Of a stretch of DNA of 64,000 nucleotides, positions 56,903-64,000 are shown one piece after another. Source of the DNA: Eledone cirrhosa (Eukaryota). The stretch is taken from assembly GCA_964016885.1 (NCBI GenBank), contig OZ024741.1, forward strand, positions 286,998,001 through 287,062,000, given 5' to 3'. The notes beneath the pieces were generated by a model, which saw only the letters and a program-made list of their open reading frames with translations, was not told the origin of the DNA and made no database searches. The stretch's first letter is position 1, and each line of letters opens with the position of its first letter. The translations under genes were made by a program, and so were the position numbers.

Positions 56903-59900
56903 CCTGTGTCAGTGTTGAACAAAAAGGTGACGTGGTTGCCTTAACACCGTATGGCATAAATTCAGGCTGTTCAGTTTGTTTACAAACGAACAAAGCGACG
57001 TTAGCGCCGCTAAACTGATACGTGCATATATGTATGTGTACCTGTATGCATATGTATGTATATATGTATATATATATATGTGCATGCTACTGTACGTCTG
57101 TATACATATATGTATGTACGTATACATGCATACTTACATTTAAGTAAGTGCCATACTAAGAGTGAGAAATGAAATTTCGTTTTCATTTTGTTTCAATTTA
57201 TCGTTTTCGGTATGCCTGACCGATTTAACTCACTCAATATGCAAATTAGGCTGCTCAGCCGTTAATTTTCATAAGGAAAGTATATACTTTCGAACGTTCA
57301 ACTATCTGGCAGATGGGTAAACGGTGCTGATGATAGCTAACAAGCTTGAAACTAGTACATCGTTCCTGTGTCAGTGTTGAACAAAAAGGTGACGTGGTTG
57401 CCTTAACACCGTATGGCATAAATTCAGGCTGTTCAGTTTGTTTACAAACGAACAAAGCGACGTTAGCGCCGCTAAACTGATACGTGCATATATGTATGTG
57501 TACCTGTATGCATATGTATGTATATATGTATATATATATATGTGCATGCTACTGTACGTCTGTATACATATATGTATGTACGTATACATGCATACTTACA
57601 TTTAAGTAAGTGCCATACTAAGAGTGAGAAATGAAATTTCGTTTTCATTTTGTTTCAATTTATCGTTTTCGGTATGCCTGACCGATTTAACTCACTCAAT
57701 ATGCAAATTAGGCTGCTCAGCCGTTAATTTTCATAAGGAAAGTATATACTTTCGAACGTTCAACTATCTGGCAGATGGGTAAACGGTGCTGATGATAGCT
57801 AACAAGCTTGAAACTAGTACATCGTTCCTGTGTCAGTGTTGAACAAAAAGGTGACGTGGTTGCCTTAACACCGTATGACATAAATTCAGGCTGTTCAGTT
57901 TGTTTACAAACGAACAAAGCGACGTTAGCGCCGCTAAACTGATACGTGCATATATGTATGTGTACCTGTATGCATATGTATGTATATATGTATATATATA
58001 TATGTGCATGCTACTGTACGTCTGTATACATATATGTATGTACGTATACATGCATACTTACATTTAAGTAAGTGCCATACTAAGAGTGAGAAATGAAATT
58101 TCGTTTTCATTTTGTTTCAATTTATCGTTTTCGGTATGCCTGACCGATTTAACTCACTCAATATGCAAATTAGGCTGCTCAGCCGTTAATTTTCATAAGG
58201 AAAGTATATACTTTCGAACGTTCAACTATCTGGCAGATGGGTAAACGGTGCTGATGATAGCTAACAAGCTTGAAACTAGTACATCGTTCCTGTGTCAGTG
58301 TTGAACAAAAAGGTGACGTGGTTGCCTTAACACCGTATGGCATAAATTCAGGCTGTTCAGTTTGTTTACAAACGAACAAAGCGACGTTAGCGCCGCTAAA
58401 CTGATACGTGCATATATGTATGTGTACCTGTATGCATATGTATGTATATATGTATATATATATATGTGCATGCTACTGTACGTCTGTATACATATATGTA
58501 TGTACGTATACATGCATACTTACATTTAAGTAAGTGCCATACTAAGAGTGAGAAATGAAATTTCGTTTTCATTTTGTTTCAATTTATCGTTTTCGGTATG
58601 CCTGACCGATTTAACTCACTCAATATGCAAATTAGGCTGCTCAGCCGTTAATTTTCATAAGGAAAGTATATACTTTCGAACGTTCAACTATCTGGCAGAT
58701 GGGTAAACGGTGCTGATGATAGCTAACAAGCTTGAAACTAGTACATCGTTCCTGTGTCAGTGTTGAACAAAAAGGTGACGTGGTTGCCTTAACACCGTAT
58801 GGCATAAATTCAGGCTGTTCAGTTTGTTTACAAACGAACAAAGCGACGTTAGCGCCGCTAAACTGATACGTGCATATATGTATGTGTACCTGTATGCATA
58901 TGTATGTATATATGTATATATATATATGTGCATGCTACTGTACGTCTGTATACATATATGTATGTACGTATACATGCATACTTACATTTAAGTAAGTGCC
59001 ATACTAAGAGTGAGAAATGAAATTTCGTTTTCATTTTGTTTCAATTTATCGTTTTCGGTATGCCTGACCGATTTAACTCACTCAATATGCAAATTAGGCT
59101 GCTCAGCCGTTAATTTTCATAAGGAAAGTATATACTTTCGAACGTTCAACTATCTGGCAGATGGGTAAACGGTGCTGATGATAGCTAACAAGCTTGAAAC
59201 TAGTACATCGTTCCTGTGTCAGTGTTGAACAAAAAGGTGACGTGGTTGCCTTAACACCGTATGGCATAAATTCAGGCTGTTCAGTTTGTTTACAAACGAA
59301 CAAAGCGACGTTAGCGCCGCTAAACTGATACGTGCATATATGTATGTGTACCTGTATGCATATGTATGTATATATGTATATATATATATGTGCATGCTAC
59401 TGTACGTCTGTATACATATATGTATGTACGTATACATGCATACTTACATTTAAGTAAGTGCCATACTAAGAGTGAGAAATGAAATTTCGTTTTCATTTTG
59501 TTTCAATTTATCGTTTTCGGTATGCCTGACCGATTTAACTCACTCAATATGCAAATTAGGCTGCTCAGCCGTTAATTTTCATAAGGAAAGTATATACTTT
59601 CGAACGTTCAACTATCTGGCAGATGGGTAAACGGTGCTGATGATAGCTAACAAGCTTGAAACTAGTACATCGTTCCTGTGTCAGTGTTGAACAAAAAGGT
59701 GACGTGGTTGCCTTAACACCGTATGGCATAAATTCAGGCTGTTCAGTTTGTTTACAAACGAACAAAGCGACGTTAGCGCCGCTAAACTGATACGTGCATA
59801 TATGTATGTGTACCTGTATGCATATGTATGTATATATGTATATATATATATGTGCATGCTACTGTACGTCTGTATACATATATGTATGTACGTATACATG

Positions 59901-62676
59901 CATACTTACATTTAAGTAAGTGCCATACTAAGAGTGAGAAATGAAATTTCGTTTTCATTTTGTTTCAATTTATCGTTTTCGGTATGCCTGACCGATTTAA
60001 CTCACTCAATATGCAAATTAGGCTGCTCAGCCGTTAATTTTCATAAGGAAAGTATATACTTTCGAACGTTCAACTATCTGGCAGATGGGTAAACGGTGCT
60101 GATGATAGCTAACAAGCTTGAAACTAGTACATCGTTCCTGTGTCAGTGTTGAACAAAAAGGTGACGTGGTTGCCTTAACACCGTATGACATAAATTCAGG
60201 CTGTTCAGTTTGTTTACAAACGAACAAAGCGACGTTAGCGCCGCTAAACTGATACGTGCATATATGTATGTGTACCTGTATGCATATGTATGTATATATG
60301 TATATATATATATGTGCATGCTACTGTACGTCTGTATACATATATGTATGTACGTATACATGCATACTTACATTTAAGTAAGTGCCATACTAAGAGTGAG
60401 AAATGAAATTTCGTTTTCATTTTGTTTCAATTTATCGTTTTCGGTATGCCTGACCGATTTAACTCACTCAATATGCAAATTAGGCTGCTCAGCCGTTAAT
60501 TTTCATAAGGAAAGTATATACTTTCGAACGTTCAACTATCTGGCAGATGGGTAAACGGTGCTGATGATAGCTAACAAGCTTGAAACTAGTACATCGTTCC
60601 TGTGTCAGTGTTGAACAAAAAGGTGACGTGGTTGCCTTAACAGCGTATGGCATAAATTCAGGCTGTTCAGTTTGTTTACAAACGAACAAAGCGACGTTAG
60701 CGCCGCTAAACTGATACGTGCATATATGTATGTGTACCTGTATGCATATGTATGTATATATGTATATATATATATGTGCATGCTACTGTACGTCTGTATA
60801 CATATATGTATGTACGTATACATGCATACTTACATTTAAGTAAGTGCCATACTAAGAGTGAGAAATGAAATTTCGTTTTCATTTTGTTTCAATTTATCGT
60901 TTTCGGTATGCCTGACCGATTTAACTCACTCAATATGCAAATTAGGCTGCTCAGCCGTTAATTTTCATAAGGAAAGTATATACTTTCGAACGTTCAACTA
61001 TCTGGCAGATGGGTAAACGGTGCTGATGATAGCTAACAAGCTTGAAACTAGTACATCGTTCCTGTGTCAGTGTTGAACAAAAAGGTGACGTGGTTGCCTT
61101 AACACCGTATGGCATAAATTCAGGCTGTTCAGTTTGTTTACAAACGAACAAAGCGACGTTAGCGCCGCTAAACTGATACGTGCATATATGTATGTGTACC
61201 TGTATGCATATGTATGTATATATGTATATATATATATGTGCATGCTACTGTACGTCTGTATACATATATGTATGTACGTATACATGCATACTTACATTTA
61301 AGTAAGTGCCATACTAAGAGTGAGAAATGAAATTTCGTTTTCATTTTGTTTCAATTTATCGTTTTCGGTATGCCTGACCGATTTAACTCACTCAATATGC
61401 AAATTAGGCTGCTCAGCCGTTAATTTTCATAAGGAAAGTATATACTTTCGAACGTTCAACTATCTGGCAGATGGGTAAACGGTGCTGATGATAGCTAACA
61501 AGCTTGAAACTAGTACATCGTTCCTGTGTCAGTGTTGAACAAAAAGGTGACGTGGTTGCCTTAACACCGTATGGCATAAATTCAGGCTGTTCAGTTTGTT
61601 TACAAACGAACAAAGCGACGTTAGCGCCGCTAAACTGATACGTGCATATATGTATGTGTACCTGTATGCATATGTATGTATATATGTATATATATATATG
61701 TGCATGCTACTGTACGTCTGTATACATATATGTATGTACGTATACATGCATACTTACATTTAAGTAAGTGCCATACTAAGAGTGAGAAATGAAATTTCGT
61801 TTTCATTTTGTTTCAATTTATCGTTTTCGGTATGCCTGACCGATTTAACTCACTCAATATGCAAATTAGGCTGCTCAGCCGTTAATTTTCATAAGGAAAG
61901 TATATACTTTCGAACGTTCAACTATCTGGCAGATGGGTAAACGGTGCTGATGATAGCTAACAAGCTTGAAACTAGTACATCGTTCCTGTGTCAGTGTTGA
62001 ACAAAAAGGTGACGTGGTTGCCTTAACACCGTATGGCATAAATTCAGGCTGTTCAGTTTGTTTACAAACGAACAAAGCGACGTTAGCGCCGCTAAACTGA
62101 TACGTGCATATATGTATGTGTACCTGTATGCATATGTATGTATATATGTATATATATATATGTGCATGCTACTGTACGTCTGTATACATATATGTATGTA
62201 CGTATACATGCATACTTACATTTAAGTAAGTGCCATACTAAGAGTGAGAAATGAAATTTCGTTTTCATTTTGTTTCAATTTATCGTTTTCGGTATGCCTG
62301 ACCGATTTAACTCACTCAATATGCAAATTAGGCTGCTCAGCCGTTAATTTTCATAAGGAAAGTATATACTTTCGAACGTTCAACTATCTGGCAGATGGGT
62401 AAACGGTGCTGATGATAGCTAACAAGCTTGAAACTAGTACATCGTTCCTGTGTCAGTGTTGAACAAAAAGGTGACGTGGTTGCCTTAACACCGTATGGCA
62501 TAAATTCAGGCTGTTCAGTTTGTTTACAAACGAACAAAGCGACGTTAGCGCCGCTAAACTGATACGTGCATATATGTATGTGTACCTGTATGCATATGTA
62601 TGTATATATGTATATATATATATGTGCATGCTACTGTACGTCTGTATACATATATGTATGTACGTATACATGCATA

Positions 62677-62766
<90 letters not shown>

Positions 62767-62779
62767 TATATGTAGATAA

Positions 62780-64000
62780 ATCTACCAAAATATAGGGTAG
62801 TGTCCAATCCGTATGAAGAACTCAATGTAATCCAAATATCATGAAAAGAAAAGATGTATTCAATAATTATTTCGATGAAAATCACAGGAAAACAGAGTCA
62901 AGATAAATTAATAAAAACAATGAATAAAACAAAGAAACAGTTCCTTATATTAAAAAATTCATCATTTTACGATCGTTTCTAGGATATATATGTGTGTGTT
63001 GGTATGTATATCATATAGATCTATGTAAAAATTTTACAAACTATCAGAGGGAATATACATACCTACACATATATATGCTGTCTTCAGAAATAATGATAAT
63101 TGTTTATTGAAGAACACCAACAAAAATTTAATTTAATAGGTCTGTTTGGGAACAGGTTTTGAATTGACCAATAGAAGAGTAGTAAGTGGTCAAGTTGATA
63201 GAATAGTAGTAGTAGAAATTTAATTTAGAGGTAGAGGAATGCAGACTTCAGTTTTGAATGGAAATAATACTTTGAATTAAAAGATTACTTTGGGGATGAA
63301 AAGAGGTCAAGCCGGTGAAAGGTACACGAAAATTTGATGTTATTAAATAATAATGCTAATATTAAAATCGAAGGAGAATAACATTTTAGTATAAATGTGT
63401 TAGTTCGAAATACCAATCTTATTAAAAACATAAGGAATTAAGATCTATAAAAAGAAATTAAATTAATGTAATTGATAGGTATACTTATAGGGATACATTT
63501 ATATTAATTCATATAGATGTGATAAATAAGAGTTAGATGTTACTAAAGAATGTTGTTAAAAACGAAAGAAAAAAAATTGGGGGAAGGGATAAATGTATTA
63601 GTGAGAAATAACAAACTTATATAGACTACAAGGAATTTAGATTCATAACAGGAAATTAAAATAGTTTATATGTATACTTATAGGTATTAATTTTAGGAAA
63701 AGATAACTGTAAAAGGGAAATAAAATTATGCAGTTCTCAGTAGTAAAATACTAACTATAGGTTAACTAAATAAATAAAAAACTAATTATAATAATTTGTA
63801 AAATAATTTGTAAAATAAAAGTGTATATTAATTAGGTTTATAATATTTGAAAGTTCTTCTAATTCTATGATTGCACGATATAATTAATTCTTGTCGCTTA
63901 TTTAATAGGATATCCTTAGATTTCATTATTTCAAAAGGTTCCTGGGAACATAATCTACACTCATATCTGTTATTTTGATAAGGGGTGGCCCTTTTGAGCA
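62780..64000 (-). mobile_element. 3' end of another Neptune-type Penelope element, continuing beyond the window
   Basis: Minus-strand translation of about 63998-63880 gives LKRATPYQNNRYECRLCSQEPFEIMKSKDILLNKRQELI (GIY-YIG C-terminus); AT-rich UTR and pLTR hammerhead follow. Confidence 0.8.
62960..63095 (-). ncRNA. Type I hammerhead with a long stem II built from microsatellite-like sequence
   Basis: CATTATTT-CTGAAGA-C-AG.ATATATATGTGT.GGTATGTATAT..ATATACATACC..ACACATATATAT.CT-A-GAA-ACGATCGT-A/AAATGATG; 8-bp stem I, palindromic stem III, GUA site. Confidence 0.83.

Larger units (their letters stand above)
54748..62679. repeat. 462-bp tandem array, retrozyme-like: about 3.8 minus-sense units (54748-56489), inversion, about 13.4 plus-sense units (56492-62679)
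   Basis: ORF track repeats with exact 462-bp spacing; units almost identical; one hammerhead per unit; (TA)n at both ends. Confidence 0.97.

Noticed and set aside
54816-62671. Repeated 72-aa and 66-aa ORFs as a tandem peptide gene family
   Set aside because: Low complexity, antisense to the hammerhead, and frames are not kept in older copies
54748-62679. CRISPR array, or 5S/tRNA/snRNA/histone gene cluster
   Set aside because: No unique spacers or cas genes, and no recognisable structural RNA or histone sequence in the unit

Overview
AT-rich, repeat-saturated animal genomic DNA with no recognisable host gene; most ORFs in the track are (TA)n/(TACA)n/(CT)n artefacts. The SINE families and microsatellite content suggest Octopus or another coleoid cephalopod (inference). 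The window holds five decayed Penelope-like elements (four Neptune-type, one Penelope/Poseidon-type), a near full-length but broken L1/Tx1 LINE, an R4/Dong-type RLE LINE fragment, internally deleted RTE derivatives, tRNA-derived SINEs and MITEs. The main result is a dense set of type I hammerhead ribozymes (HHRs) that I folded by eye. (1) A non-coding 462-bp unit forms a near-perfect array at 54748-62679 (17 HHRs, one internal inversion), with older relatives at 1-290, 41580-43079 and 46882-48278. Each unit has one minimal HHR with a palindromic stem III and an octamer motif, so it looks like a retrozyme or self-cleaving satellite. (2) At least eight other HHR families occur, most at the outer ends of fold-back inserts in (TA)n or in Penelope pseudo-LTRs. 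Several have non-canonical cores (U3-A8, C4, extra U, non-Watson-Crick 10.1/11.1). The shared architecture suggests one Penelope-driven system of ribozyme-processed non-autonomous RNAs. All folds are manual and none is tested.
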